Source: Bacteroides fragilis (GTDB lineage: Bacteria > Bacteroidota > Bacteroidia > Bacteroidales > DTGW01). Taken from it: a DNA stretch of 64,000 nt. Location of the stretch: the NCBI GenBank assembly GCA_945889005.1, contig CAMDBI010000003.1, positions 71,814 to 135,813 of the forward strand. The letters run 5' to 3'. The translations under genes and the position numbers were made by a program. The notes beneath the pieces were generated by a model. The model saw nothing but the letters and a program-made list of their open reading frames with translations, ran no database searches and was not told the DNA's origin. This document shows positions 1 through 9,380 of the stretch, piece by piece. Every line of letters starts with the position of its first letter. Position 1 is the first letter of the stretch.

Positions 1-782
1 GAGTCGAGTTGGGAACATCTTTGGCACACTATAGTTATAGGGTCGATCGGTACAACAATTATTACAAAAACGGTTACAGTATCGGGCAAGGAAACTATAA
101 AGACCGCTTACCATCGCCACCAGGCTTTTTTCTGCACAATTTAAATTTAGCTTATACCTTGGACAATTCATTTTTTGGAATAGCATCGCCTCTTCGTGGG
201 CAGCGTTTTAGAATTGAATCGGAACAGTATTTTGGGAAGGTGATGCTTTCGAGTTTGCTGGTCGATTACCGAAAATACGTTTATGTAAAACCTATCGCTT
301 TTGCTTTTCGATTGTATAATGTTAATCGTTTTGGACCAAACGAAATAAACAATTTTGTATATCCGTTTTACCTTGGCTATCCTTGGCTAATTCGTGGATT
401 TGACAATGCTTTTGTGCTTAAAACACAAAATTTTGATCAAATTACTCAAAACGAAAAATTGCTGGGGTCGCGTATGGCAATTTCAAATTTCGAAATCAGA
501 TTGCCTTTTACTGGTCCCAAACGCTTGAGCTTGATTTCGTCGAAATACCTATTTACCGAACTGTCAATATTTGCCGATGCCGGTGTTACCTGGAAAAAAA
601 ATATTCTTCCGCAAGTAGCAACAAACAATAGCAATAACGATATACTCATTGTAACCTCGGGCATTTCGTTGCGAATAAACGTACTGGGAGCAATGATTTT
701 AGAACCTTATTATGCTATGCCTTTCAAATCGAAAGGTTGGGAACAAGCTGCTTTTGGTTTAAATTTTATGCCGGGTTGGTAA
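1..782 (+). CDS. Omp85/BamA-family outer-membrane beta-barrel protein, C-terminal part (5' end outside window)
   Basis: The frame is open to the window edge. Motifs LGYPWLIRGF, GSRMAISNFEIRLPF, SIFADAGVTW and the aromatic C-terminus FMPGW resemble the last strands of surface-antigen D15/Omp85 barrels. Confidence 0.5.
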   Translation, partial: VELGTSLAHYSYRVDRYNNYYKNGYSIGQGNYKDRLPSPPGFFLHNLNLAYTLDNSFFGIASPLRGQRFRIESEQYFGKVMLSSLLVDYRKYVYVKPIAFAFRLYNVNRFGPNEINNFVYPFYLGYPWLIRGFDNAFVLKTQNFDQITQNEKLLGSRMAISNFEIRLPFTGPKRLSLISSKYLFTELSIFADAGVTWKKNILPQVATNNSNNDILIVTSGISLRINVLGAMILEPYYAMPFKSKGWEQAAFGLNFMPGW

Positions 783-937
783 TCTGTTTTTTTATTTCAA
801 GTAAATTCTCAATTCTTTAGCCAAAAAGACATTTTATTTCTGTCAGTTCTGCAAATTTGTCATATTTCAACTTTTGGCACTGCTTTTGAAAAAGCATTAT
901 TCAAAAAAATAATCGTTAAACCAAAAACATCAACAAT

Positions 938-2989
938 ATGCAAAAAGGTAAAATAGGGGTATCGACCGACAATATTTTTCCCATTATTAAGAAATTTCTG
1001 TATTCAGACCACGAAATTTTTCTTCGCGAATTGATTTCAAACGCCATCGATGCTACTACCAAGCTCAAAGCTATGGGGCGTACCGGCGAGTACAAAGGCA
1101 GTATCGACGATCTGAAAGTAACAGTAAGTGCCGACAGCAAAAAGAAAACTCTCACCATTTCGGACAATGGTATTGGTATGACCGCCGAAGAAATCGAAAA
1201 ATACATCAACCAGATTGCTTTTTCGAGTGCCAACGAATTTTTGGACAAGTACAAAAACAATATCGATGCCATTATTGGTCACTTCGGTTTGGGTTTCTAC
1301 TCGTCGTTTATGGTTTCGGAACAGGTCGAAATTGTTACCCGTTCGTACAAAGAAGGAGCACAGGCTGTGAAATGGAGCTGCGATGGTAGTCCCGACTATT
1401 CTTTGGAAGAAACTACTAAAGAAACTATAGGTACAGATATTATTCTTCACCTCGACGACGAATCCAAAGACTTTGCCGAAGAATTTAAGGTGAAAGAATT
1501 GTTGACCAAGTATTGTAAGTTCTTACCTGTGCCGATTGTTTTTGGCAAAAAGAAAGAATGGAAAGACGGCAAAGAAGTTGAAACCAGCGAAGACAACATT
1601 ATAAACAACACCAATCCTGCCTGGAAACGCAAACCTTCGGAATTGAAAGACGAAGACTACATGTCGTTTTACCGCGAACTGTATCCAATGGGCGAGGAGC
1701 CATTGTTCCACATACACCTCAATGTCGACTATCCTTTCAACCTTACAGGTATTCTGTATTTCCCTAAAATTAAGAACAATATCGAGATCAACCGCAACAA
1801 GATACAATTGTACTGTAACCAAGTATACGTTACCGATTCGGTCGAGGGTATTGTGCCCGATTTCTTAACTTTGCTTCACGGGGTAATCGATTCGCCCGAT
1901 ATTCCGCTCAATGTATCGCGTAGTTACCTGCAGAGCGACCAGAACGTGAAGAAAATTTCGAGCCACATCACCAAAAAAGTATCGGATCGTTTGGAAGATA
2001 TTTTCAAAAACAAACGCGACGAATTCGAGAAGAAATGGGACAACCTCAAGCTCTTTATCGAGTATGGAGTGCTCACCGACGAGAAATTTTACGAACGTGC
2101 CGAAAAATTTGCCCTTTTCAAAAATACAGATGGCAAATACTTCACATTTGAAGAATACAAAGACATTATTAAAGAAAATCAGACAGATAAGAATAAGAGT
2201 CTTATATACCTTTATTCTAGCGATGCAGAGAAACAATTTACATTTATCGAAGCAGCCAAGAACAAGGGCTACGATGTTTTGTTGATGGACGGTCAGCTCG
2301 ATGCGCATTTTATCAATCATATTGAGCCTAAGTTTAAAGAATCGCGCTTTGTACGTGTCGATTCCGATATTGTCGACAATCTTATTCAGAAAGACGATAA
2401 GAAAGAATCGAAACTTACAGCCGATCAGAAAGATTCGTTGACTCCGGTTTTTCGTAGCATGACACCTTCGAAAGACAACTATTTCGTTACTTTCGAAGAT
2501 ATGTCGGATCGCGATATGCCTGTGTTCATTACTCAAAACGAATGGATGCGTCGTATGAAAGATATGTCGGCCATGGGTGGTGGTGGAATGAACTTTTATG
2601 GCGAAATGCCCGATAGTTACAACCTTGTTGTAAATGCAAATCACCCATTGGTAAATAGCATTTTAACAGATGTTGAGGCCAAAACAACTGCCGATGTAGC
2701 TACACTAAATGTAGAGATCAAGAAGATCGAATCGGAAGTAGATGCGATCGACAAAGTCAATGACAAGAAAAAACACGACGAAATACCTCAAGCCGATAAA
2801 GACAAAAAAACGGATTTGAATAAGCAGCTCGACGATCTTAAAGCTAAGAAAGAAGGAATTTTGAGCGAGTATTCGAAAAACAATCCTTTGGTGAAACAAC
2901 TTATAGATCTAGCATTGTTGGCAAACAATATGCTCAAAGGCGAAGAACTAAGCAAGTTTGTAAAACGAAGTGTGGAGCTTATAAAATAG
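938..2989 (+). CDS. htpG: Molecular chaperone HtpG (Hsp90)
   Basis: 683 aa. GHKL ATPase motifs ELISNAIDA, DNGIGM and GHFGLGFYS, with full-length Hsp90 architecture. Confidence 0.95.
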   Translation: MQKGKIGVSTDNIFPIIKKFLYSDHEIFLRELISNAIDATTKLKAMGRTGEYKGSIDDLKVTVSADSKKKTLTISDNGIGMTAEEIEKYINQIAFSSANEFLDKYKNNIDAIIGHFGLGFYSSFMVSEQVEIVTRSYKEGAQAVKWSCDGSPDYSLEETTKETIGTDIILHLDDESKDFAEEFKVKELLTKYCKFLPVPIVFGKKKEWKDGKEVETSEDNIINNTNPAWKRKPSELKDEDYMSFYRELYPMGEEPLFHIHLNVDYPFNLTGILYFPKIKNNIEINRNKIQLYCNQVYVTDSVEGIVPDFLTLLHGVIDSPDIPLNVSRSYLQSDQNVKKISSHITKKVSDRLEDIFKNKRDEFEKKWDNLKLFIEYGVLTDEKFYERAEKFALFKNTDGKYFTFEEYKDIIKENQTDKNKSLIYLYSSDAEKQFTFIEAAKNKGYDVLLMDGQLDAHFINHIEPKFKESRFVRVDSDIVDNLIQKDDKKESKLTADQKDSLTPVFRSMTPSKDNYFVTFEDMSDRDMPVFITQNEWMRRMKDMSAMGGGGMNFYGEMPDSYNLVVNANHPLVNSILTDVEAKTTADVATLNVEIKKIESEVDAIDKVNDKKKHDEIPQADKDKKTDLNKQLDDLKAKKEGILSEYSKNNPLVKQLIDLALLANNMLKGEELSKFVKRSVELIK

Positions 2990-3024
2990 AAGGCATATAT
3001 TTAAGTTGTAAATACTGAAATTAT

Positions 3025-3071
3025 AAAACCATGAATACACGAATTGAAAACGGGTATTCATGGTTTTTTTT
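3025..3071. terminator. Bidirectional intrinsic terminator between convergent htpG and peroxidase genes
   Basis: Perfect 14-bp stem AAAACCATGAATAC / GTATTCATGGTTTT with a 15-nt loop. The T run extends to 8 T. Confidence 0.75.
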
Positions 3072-3090
3072 GTAAATAATTATCCGATCC

Positions 3091-3627
3091 TTATTTCACC
3101 CAACCTACAATCTCTTCGTCAAGCGGATTTGTTTTTGGGGCAATAATTTTTATTAATTTGCCGTTTTCGTCAATTAAGAATTTTTGGAAATTCCATTTTA
3201 CATCGGCATCTTCCAGTCCATTATATTTTTTCTGTGTAAGCCATTGGTAAAGGGGATGAATGTCGTCGCCTTTGACCGATATTTTTTCCATCATCGGGAA
3301 AGTAACACCGAAATTGATAGAGCAAAAGGTTTTAATTTCTTCATTGGTGCCGGGTTCTTGACCCAAAAAATTGTTGGCAGGAAAACCTACAATGGTAAAC
3401 TTATCGCCGCCATATTGCTTGTATAGTGTCTCTAAATCGGTATATTGTTTTGTCAAGCCACACTTCGAAGCTGTGTTTACAATCATTAGCTTTTTACCTT
3501 TAAGGCTTGCGAATTGAAAATCGGCACCATCAATAGTTTTTACTGTAAAATCGTAAATAGATGTTGGTATCTCTGCTTTTGCTATTAAAAAAGTGAGTGC
3601 AAGAAAAAATGTAAGTAATGTTTTCAT
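3091..3627 (-). CDS. Glutathione peroxidase family protein (Cys type), secreted
   Basis: 178 aa with a signal peptide. Motifs NTASKCG, FPANNFLGQEPG and WNFQKFL. The catalytic residue is Cys with no in-frame TGA. Confidence 0.85.
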   Translation of the reverse strand: MKTLLTFFLALTFLIAKAEIPTSIYDFTVKTIDGADFQFASLKGKKLMIVNTASKCGLTKQYTDLETLYKQYGGDKFTIVGFPANNFLGQEPGTNEEIKTFCSINFGVTFPMMEKISVKGDDIHPLYQWLTQKKYNGLEDADVKWNFQKFLIDENGKLIKIIAPKTNPLDEEIVGWVK

Positions 3628-3705
3628 TTTGAATATTTTTATTATTAAAGTTAAACAAAAAACGACATAAATTGTTTAATAATAAATTAATTAAACATTC
3701 ATACT

Positions 3706-4287
3706 ATGTCTTTTACGCTATCAATCGGAAATAAAGCACCTGATTTTGTATTACCTGCAACTGATGGAGCAACATATAAATTGTTGGATTTTAACAGCTC
3801 AAAATATTTGGTTGTGTTTTTTACCTGCAATCATTGTCCTTATGTAATAGGTTCCGATGAGGTTACACGCGAAACTGCCAATAAATATGCTGCTAAAGGA
3901 GTTAAGTTCGTAGGTATAAGTTCAAATAGTGTAAACACATACCCCGAAGATAGTTTCCCCGATATGATAAAACGCATGGAAAAATATAAATTTCCGTGGC
4001 TTTATTTGTTCGACGAGTCACAAGAAATAGCCAAAGCTTATGGAGCACTTAGAACTCCTCATTTTTATGTGTTCAACGAAAAGCGCGAATTGGTGTATAC
4101 CGGTAGGGGAGTCGACTCGCCCAGAGATACCTCGAAAATGACTGTGAATGATTTGGAAAGAGCGCTTGGTGAACTTACAGAGGGCAAAGCCATATCGATA
4201 CCTCTTACCAACCCTATTGGCTGCAATATAAAATGGGATGGCAAAGACGCTCATTGGATGCCCGAAGATGCCTGTGATTTGGTGTAA
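3706..4287 (+). CDS. Thioredoxin-fold redoxin (AhpC/TSA-like thiol-disulfide oxidoreductase)
   Basis: 193 aa with a CNHC (CxxC) motif in a redoxin-like context ([12 protein letters not shown]). Confidence 0.7.
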   Translation: MSFTLSIGNKAPDFVLPATDGATYKLLDFNSSKYLVVFFTCNHCPYVIGSDEVTRETANKYAAKGVKFVGISSNSVNTYPEDSFPDMIKRMEKYKFPWLYLFDESQEIAKAYGALRTPHFYVFNEKRELVYTGRGVDSPRDTSKMTVNDLERALGELTEGKAISIPLTNPIGCNIKWDGKDAHWMPEDACDLV

Positions 4288-4313
4288 TCTTATTCAAAAA
4301 AAATTATTTATTT

Positions 4314-4697
4314 TTGAATAAAAAATTCATGTACAAGCACCTTTTCAAATACACAGTTATTATTATTACCATACTTACAGCCAACTTGTTGACTTCGTGG
4401 ATTTCCGATTACTTCATATCGTACAAAAATCATTATAAGCCACTTACTTTTACATTTGCAGCAATGGGTATTATTGTGGTGGTGTTTTACCCTCTTTTTA
4501 CTAAGATGGAAGAGTTTGTCAATAAACTTTCCAAACACATGATTAAGGGAGGCAAATCGCTAGGTGGAAAGGTGCTGGGTTTGTTTCTGATATTTATTAT
4601 TGCCATTTTGGTACTTACTTATTTTTATTCCCGAATGTGGTACGAAATCGACTTGTTGGTATTGATTTTTAATGGAACAATTTTCGATTATTTTTAA
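4314..4697 (+). CDS. Hypothetical small membrane protein (3 predicted TM helices)
   Basis: ORF with hydrophobic segments. TTG at 4314 or ATG at 4329 are possible starts. No recognisable family. Confidence 0.4.
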   Translation: MNKKFMYKHLFKYTVIIITILTANLLTSWISDYFISYKNHYKPLTFTFAAMGIIVVVFYPLFTKMEEFVNKLSKHMIKGGKSLGGKVLGLFLIFIIAILVLTYFYSRMWYEIDLLVLIFNGTIFDYF

Positions 4698-4742
4698 TGG
4701 ATTCTTTTATTTTCAAAGTGTTGAATGAAGCTCTATTTTAGC

Positions 4743-4750
4743 TACTTTTG
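4743..4750 (+). promoter_or_regulatory. Candidate Bacteroidota-type -7 box (TACTTTTG) for recQ
   Basis: Matches TAnnTTTG. It overlaps the TTG at 4748 used by the ORF track. Confidence 0.35.
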
Positions 4751-6685
4751 CAAAAAAATCAGCACTATTTGGATAAATACCGTCAAATATTAAGCCAGTA
4801 TTGGGGTTATTCGAAGTTTAGACCTTTGCAAGAGGATATAATACGTTCTGTTGTAGAAGGCAACGATACCCTAGCCCTTATGCCCACCGGAGGAGGTAAG
4901 TCCATTACTTTTCAAGTGCCAGCAATGGCAACTGAGGGAATATGCATTGTAGTTACGCCTCTTATTGCTCTTATGAAAGATCAGGTCGAGAACCTGAAAG
5001 CTCGCCAAATTAAGGCTTTAGCTATATACTCGGGGATGGATCGTGGCGAAATAGATGTAGCACTCGACAATGCTATTTATGGCAATTATAAATTTCTGTA
5101 TTGTTCGCCCGAACGCTTGGCAACCGAGATATTTAGAGCTCGTGTGCAAAAAATGAAAGTTAACCTCATTGCAATAGACGAAGCGCATTGTATTTCGCAG
5201 TGGGGCTACGATTTTAGACCCTCGTATATAAAGATAACCGAGTTTCGACAACTTCTTCCTAATGTACCGATACTGGCATTAACTGCCACGGCAACTTCGG
5301 AAGTGGTCGACGATATTCAAGAAAAATTAAGTTTCAAGAAAAAGAATGTTTTTCGAAAAAGCTTCGAACGAAAAAATATTTCGTACATCGTTCGCGAAGT
5401 AGACGATAAACAGAAATACATGCTCAAAATCTTTCAGACTTCGAAAGGTTCGGGTATTGTATATGTTCGTAATCGTAAGCGTACCAAGGAACTTGCATTG
5501 GTATTGATGCAAAATGGTATTTCGGCCGATTATTACCATGCCGGCCTAAGCGACCACATGCGCCACGAAAAGCAAAACAATTGGAAAACGGGTAAAACAC
5601 GTGTAATAGTTTCGACAAACGCTTTTGGAATGGGCATTGACAAAGCCGATGTGCGAGCAGTTGTACATATCGATTTGCCCGACTCGCTCGAAGCATATTA
5701 CCAGGAAGCGGGTAGGGCTGGGCGCGACGAAAAACAGGCTTATGCCGTATTGTTGTACAATACGAACGACAAATTGTCGATTCATCAACGTATTGCGGTT
5801 AGTTTTCCCGATTTGGCGCTTGTCAAAAAAGTATACAATGCACTAGCCAATTTTTTTCAGATTCCCTATGGTGGTGGTAAGTTTATGTCGTACGATTTCG
5901 ATTTAATTGCATTTATAACCCAATATAAGTTCAATGTTCAAACGGCTTTTAATAGTCTAAAAATATTGGAACAAGAAGGTTATATTTCGGTAACCGATGA
6001 GCTCAATATACCTTCGAAAGTACATTTTTTGGTAAGTCGCGACGATTTATATAAGTTTCAGGTCGAAAATGCCATTTTCGACAGTTTTATTAAGTTGTTG
6101 TTGCGTTCGTACGAGGGCATGTTTAGCGATTACGTGAGTATCGACGAGGGTGTGTTGGCGCGCCGTGCCAATACCAATGTCGATACGGTATATAAATATT
6201 TGCAAAAGCTTTCGAAAACAAATATCCTCAACTACATACCTCGTCGCGAGAAGCCTGTGGTGGTGTATACCGAGGAACGATTAGACGAAAGTTCGATTCG
6301 GTTTTCGTATGCCAATTTTAACTTTCGCAAAGAGCGCTATATTGCTAAGGCCGAGGCTATGCTCGAATATGCATCGAGCCACCACAAATGTCGCAGCCAA
6401 TTGTTGCTAGCCTATTTTGGCGAAGTAGATACTTACCGTTGTGGTCAATGCGATGTTTGCCAGCAACGCAACGAACTTGGATTGAGCAAATACGAATTTG
6501 ATATTATTTCTGAACAATTCAAAAAAGAACTACACGACAAAGCTCAACCGATCGACAAACTAATCGACTCTACACATCAAACACTTAATATTGATACCGA
6601 AAAAATTATTAAGGTATCGCAATGGCTTATCGACAACGAAAAATTAAAAAGCGAAGATGGTGTTTGTTGGGAATGGAAGCATTAG
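4748..6685 (+). CDS. recQ: ATP-dependent DNA helicase, RecQ family
   Basis: Helicase motifs MPTGGGKS, DEAHCISQWGYDFRP and LTATA, plus a Cys cluster (CRSQ..CGQCDVC). The start is uncertain: TTG 4748 lies in the putative -7 box and TTG 4769 is the alternative. Confidence 0.9.
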   Translation: MQKNQHYLDKYRQILSQYWGYSKFRPLQEDIIRSVVEGNDTLALMPTGGGKSITFQVPAMATEGICIVVTPLIALMKDQVENLKARQIKALAIYSGMDRGEIDVALDNAIYGNYKFLYCSPERLATEIFRARVQKMKVNLIAIDEAHCISQWGYDFRPSYIKITEFRQLLPNVPILALTATATSEVVDDIQEKLSFKKKNVFRKSFERKNISYIVREVDDKQKYMLKIFQTSKGSGIVYVRNRKRTKELALVLMQNGISADYYHAGLSDHMRHEKQNNWKTGKTRVIVSTNAFGMGIDKADVRAVVHIDLPDSLEAYYQEAGRAGRDEKQAYAVLLYNTNDKLSIHQRIAVSFPDLALVKKVYNALANFFQIPYGGGKFMSYDFDLIAFITQYKFNVQTAFNSLKILEQEGYISVTDELNIPSKVHFLVSRDDLYKFQVENAIFDSFIKLLLRSYEGMFSDYVSIDEGVLARRANTNVDTVYKYLQKLSKTNILNYIPRREKPVVVYTEERLDESSIRFSYANFNFRKERYIAKAEAMLEYASSHHKCRSQLLLAYFGEVDTYRCGQCDVCQQRNELGLSKYEFDIISEQFKKELHDKAQPIDKLIDSTHQTLNIDTEKIIKVSQWLIDNEKLKSEDGVCWEWKH

Positions 6686-7151
6686 GAGTGCTAAAGTTGG
6701 AAAAATGTTTGGGGCAAGTTTATGACATTTAAAAACGCAGGCTTATGCACTTTGTTAATTGATTTAGACCTTTTGGGGGTTTATCTATACGACATTGTAT
6801 ATTAGGGCATTTCTAAAAACGGCTTTTTAGCTACGCTGAGCCCTTCGGGCTTCTTCGTTGAGCTTCATTTTTAAAATCCTCACTTCGACTTTCATTTAGT
6901 GTAACACATTTACAGTAGTAAACTCCGGGTTTAAAAATTCGTCCGCCTCAAAAAATCGAGTTTTTAGAGACGCTCATTAATTTATGAAAATGAAGGTTAA
7001 AATGGTTTAATATAATTTAAAAAACACACAAATTGCATTAATATACTAGGATTTAATAAGAAATTCATTATTTTTATCGCAAAATATAGCATCAAACAAT
7101 AGTATAACAAAACAATACATGAGTTTGAAGTTGTTTTATAAGAAGGATTGA

Positions 7152-7256
7152 AATAGCGCGATACAACAATTGAACCAAGTTACTCAACAGAATGCTGCTT
7201 CTTCGGAACAAATTGCTGGTAGCACTATAGAACTAGCCCGTAAGGCAGAATTTTAA
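7152..7256 (+). pseudogene. Remnant of the C-terminus of a methyl-accepting chemotaxis protein
   Basis: The 34 codons [34 protein letters not shown]-stop parallel [23 protein letters not shown] of the intact MCP at 14625-16043. A stop lies immediately upstream (7149-7151) and there is no start codon. Confidence 0.7.
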
Positions 7257-7313
7257 AAATAAAGCATTTCTTATTTTAAAAATGTAATAATTTACTTGTT
7301 TTTACTTTTTAGT

Positions 7314-9380
7314 ATGAAAAAACGATTAAAGATTCCTTTTGCTGAAGCCTTGTCAATGCTTCTAAAATATGCATGGTTAAGAGTAAAAGAGCAAATAAAA
7401 TCTGTAGCTTTTATTATATTATATTTAGTTGTTTTTCAAACATTAGTTTTAAATGTACCATTAGCTAATGCCTTAAGCACTAGTTTAGGAATTGCACTTG
7501 TTGTGTTTGGACTTGCTTTTTTTCTCGAAGGTCTTATACTAGGTTTAATGCCTCTAGGAGAGCGTGTTGGAGTTAAAATGCCACAACGAGTAGGAATTAC
7601 CGTAATTGCAATTTTTGGTCTTATTTTAGGATTTGGAGCCACTTTGGCTGAACCAGCAATTAGTGCTTTGCGAACTGCCGGATCTGCTATTACAGCATGG
7701 GATTCGCCTTTGTTATATATGATATTAGAGCCATATTCAAATTGGCTCATTCTTTCTGTTGGAATAGGTGTTGGTTTAGCTGTTGCATTAGGGATGTTTC
7801 GCTTTTATTATAATTGGTCTATTAAACCACTTATTTATATCATAATTCCTACTTTATTAGTCTTATCTATTGTTGCATACTATAATGTCAATTTAAGTAA
7901 AATAATTGGATTGGCTTGGGATTGTGGTGCGGTAACCACTGGGGCTGTAACCGTACCATTGGTTCTTGCTCTTGGTATAGGTGTTTCGCGTTCGTCAAAC
8001 AAAGGGCAAGGATCTAGTGGGGGGTTTGGAATTATTTTATTAGCTTCTGCTTTTCCAATATTAGCTGTTTTAGCGTTAGGAATTATTTTAAACACTTCAG
8101 CTCCGGCTCCTACCGATGAGAAAACTTTTTTTTCAATCGAAAACAGAGAAAATGCACTGCGTGTTTTTTCAAATGAAGAAAAACTTAAGCAACATGCGTT
8201 TACACATGGAAGTGAGGTTGGACGAGAAACTTTCTTTGGTAGTAAGCAAGCGTATAATTCAATTCTATTTTCGTTAAAGAATAATGCTGATTTACATCAA
8301 ACATATTTAGGATCAATAAGCTTATCGGATTGGCTTAAAATGAAGGCATCTGATAGTGAAAGAAAAGTAATTCAAGATAATGGAGATATTGCAAATAAAA
8401 AGACTGATAATTCTTTTGGTAAAGTGATAAAAGAAGAATCTATTGCCGGAATTAGGGCAGTTATACCTCTTTCATTATTGTTATTGATAGTATTGGTGCT
8501 ATTTCTAAAAGAAAAAATAAGATTTAAAGACGAAGTTGCCATTGGAATAGTTTTTACGCTGCTTGGGATGATACTACTAACTTCTGGTATTCGATTAGGT
8601 CTTGCTTCACTAGGTGGAGAAGTTGGAGGCGAATTGCCAAGAGCGTTTGCAAAAGATGATAAATTTATTGACCGAGTTATAATAAATAACTTCGACACTA
8701 CTCTGTTATTTCAAGGAATTTCTAAGGATGGATCAACCAAAACTTATTTTAATTTGATTGGCGAAAACGATCAATTAACTAAAGTAGAATTTAAATATGA
8801 CAATTTTAATAATAATACTAAACAATATGAACATATACTTACCCAAGCCCCTTTGTTTGGTAAGCAACTTACGATACTAGGCTTACTTTTGGTTTTAATC
8901 TTTGCCTTTGGAATGGGTTTTGGAGCAACTTTGGCCGAACCTGCTTTAAATGCACTTGGTTTGACTGTCGAAAATTTGACTGTAGGTACTATTAAGCAAA
9001 AACAAATTGTTAATATTGTTTCGTTGGGGGTTGGTATAGGTTGTACGCTTGGGTTTGCTCGTATTTTATTCGATTTACCTCTAATTTGGCTTATTGTAGT
9101 CCCGTATATTCTTTTAATTATTCTTTCAATTTTTAGTGAGGAAGAATATACTGCTATGGCATGGGATAGTGGGGGAGTTACTACAGGTCCTGTTACTGTA
9201 CCTCTTGTATTAGCTATGGGCTTGAGTATTGGCGGTGCTTTAAATATGGCCGATGGTTTTGGCGTTTTAGCTTTGGCTTCAGCATTTCCAATTATTACAG
9301 TGCTAGGATTCGGATTGTACAAAAATGCTAAGCAAAAACGTTCAATTGACAACAAACAAACAGAAGAAAAACATGGATAG
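7314..9380 (+). CDS. Fused tandem DUF1538 integral membrane protein
   Basis: There are two homologous halves. Each carries GATLAEPA(I/L)(S/N)AL and WD(C/S)G(A/G)VTTG(A/P)VTVPLVLA(L/M)G motifs typical of DUF1538, joined by a soluble linker of about 100 aa. ATG 7314 (MKKRLK) is preferred to TTG 7296. Confidence 0.75.
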   Translation: MKKRLKIPFAEALSMLLKYAWLRVKEQIKSVAFIILYLVVFQTLVLNVPLANALSTSLGIALVVFGLAFFLEGLILGLMPLGERVGVKMPQRVGITVIAIFGLILGFGATLAEPAISALRTAGSAITAWDSPLLYMILEPYSNWLILSVGIGVGLAVALGMFRFYYNWSIKPLIYIIIPTLLVLSIVAYYNVNLSKIIGLAWDCGAVTTGAVTVPLVLALGIGVSRSSNKGQGSSGGFGIILLASAFPILAVLALGIILNTSAPAPTDEKTFFSIENRENALRVFSNEEKLKQHAFTHGSEVGRETFFGSKQAYNSILFSLKNNADLHQTYLGSISLSDWLKMKASDSERKVIQDNGDIANKKTDNSFGKVIKEESIAGIRAVIPLSLLLLIVLVLFLKEKIRFKDEVAIGIVFTLLGMILLTSGIRLGLASLGGEVGGELPRAFAKDDKFIDRVIINNFDTTLLFQGISKDGSTKTYFNLIGENDQLTKVEFKYDNFNNNTKQYEHILTQAPLFGKQLTILGLLLVLIFAFGMGFGATLAEPALNALGLTVENLTVGTIKQKQIVNIVSLGVGIGCTLGFARILFDLPLIWLIVVPYILLIILSIFSEEEYTAMAWDSGGVTTGPVTVPLVLAMGLSIGGALNMADGFGVLALASAFPIITVLGFGLYKNAKQKRSIDNKQTEEKHG

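Noticed and set aside
875-889. Sigma-54-like element TGGCAC-N5-TTGA about 50 nt upstream of htpG, next to the palindrome TGCTTTT-GA-AAAAGCA
   Set aside because: The critical -12 GC dinucleotide is GA here. A single near-match in AT-rich DNA is not enough evidence, and no CIRCE-like element is present.
1037-2899. Several long antisense or off-frame ORFs inside htpG (for example 1865-2644 minus strand, 259 aa)
   Set aside because: They lie entirely within the strongly supported htpG frame and have low-complexity composition with no motifs. These are typical shadow ORFs. The same reasoning applies to 16841-17590 and 17023-17478 (inside metH), 8771-9355 (inside the DUF1538 gene), 42857-43555 (inside trxB), 23191-23628 (inside parE) and 36118-36456 (inside the TonB receptor gene).
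3091-3627. Possible selenocysteine recoding in the glutathione peroxidase (and in the HdrA-like genes)
   Set aside because: The catalytic position is a normal Cys codon (NTASKCG). There is no in-frame TGA and I saw no SECIS-like hairpin.
7296-7313. Upstream-extended starts from the ORF track (7296 for DUF1538, 16091 for metH, 20864 for lplA, 9325 for the P-II-like gene, 60153 for DUF1847, 54866 for tusA)
   Set aside because: The extensions use non-ATG codons or add implausible N-termini. They overlap upstream genes or predicted promoters. Internal ATGs give canonical N-termini (MKKRLK, MKKPDIF, MLIIRNK, MDSELV, MDINEH, MTTDEL).
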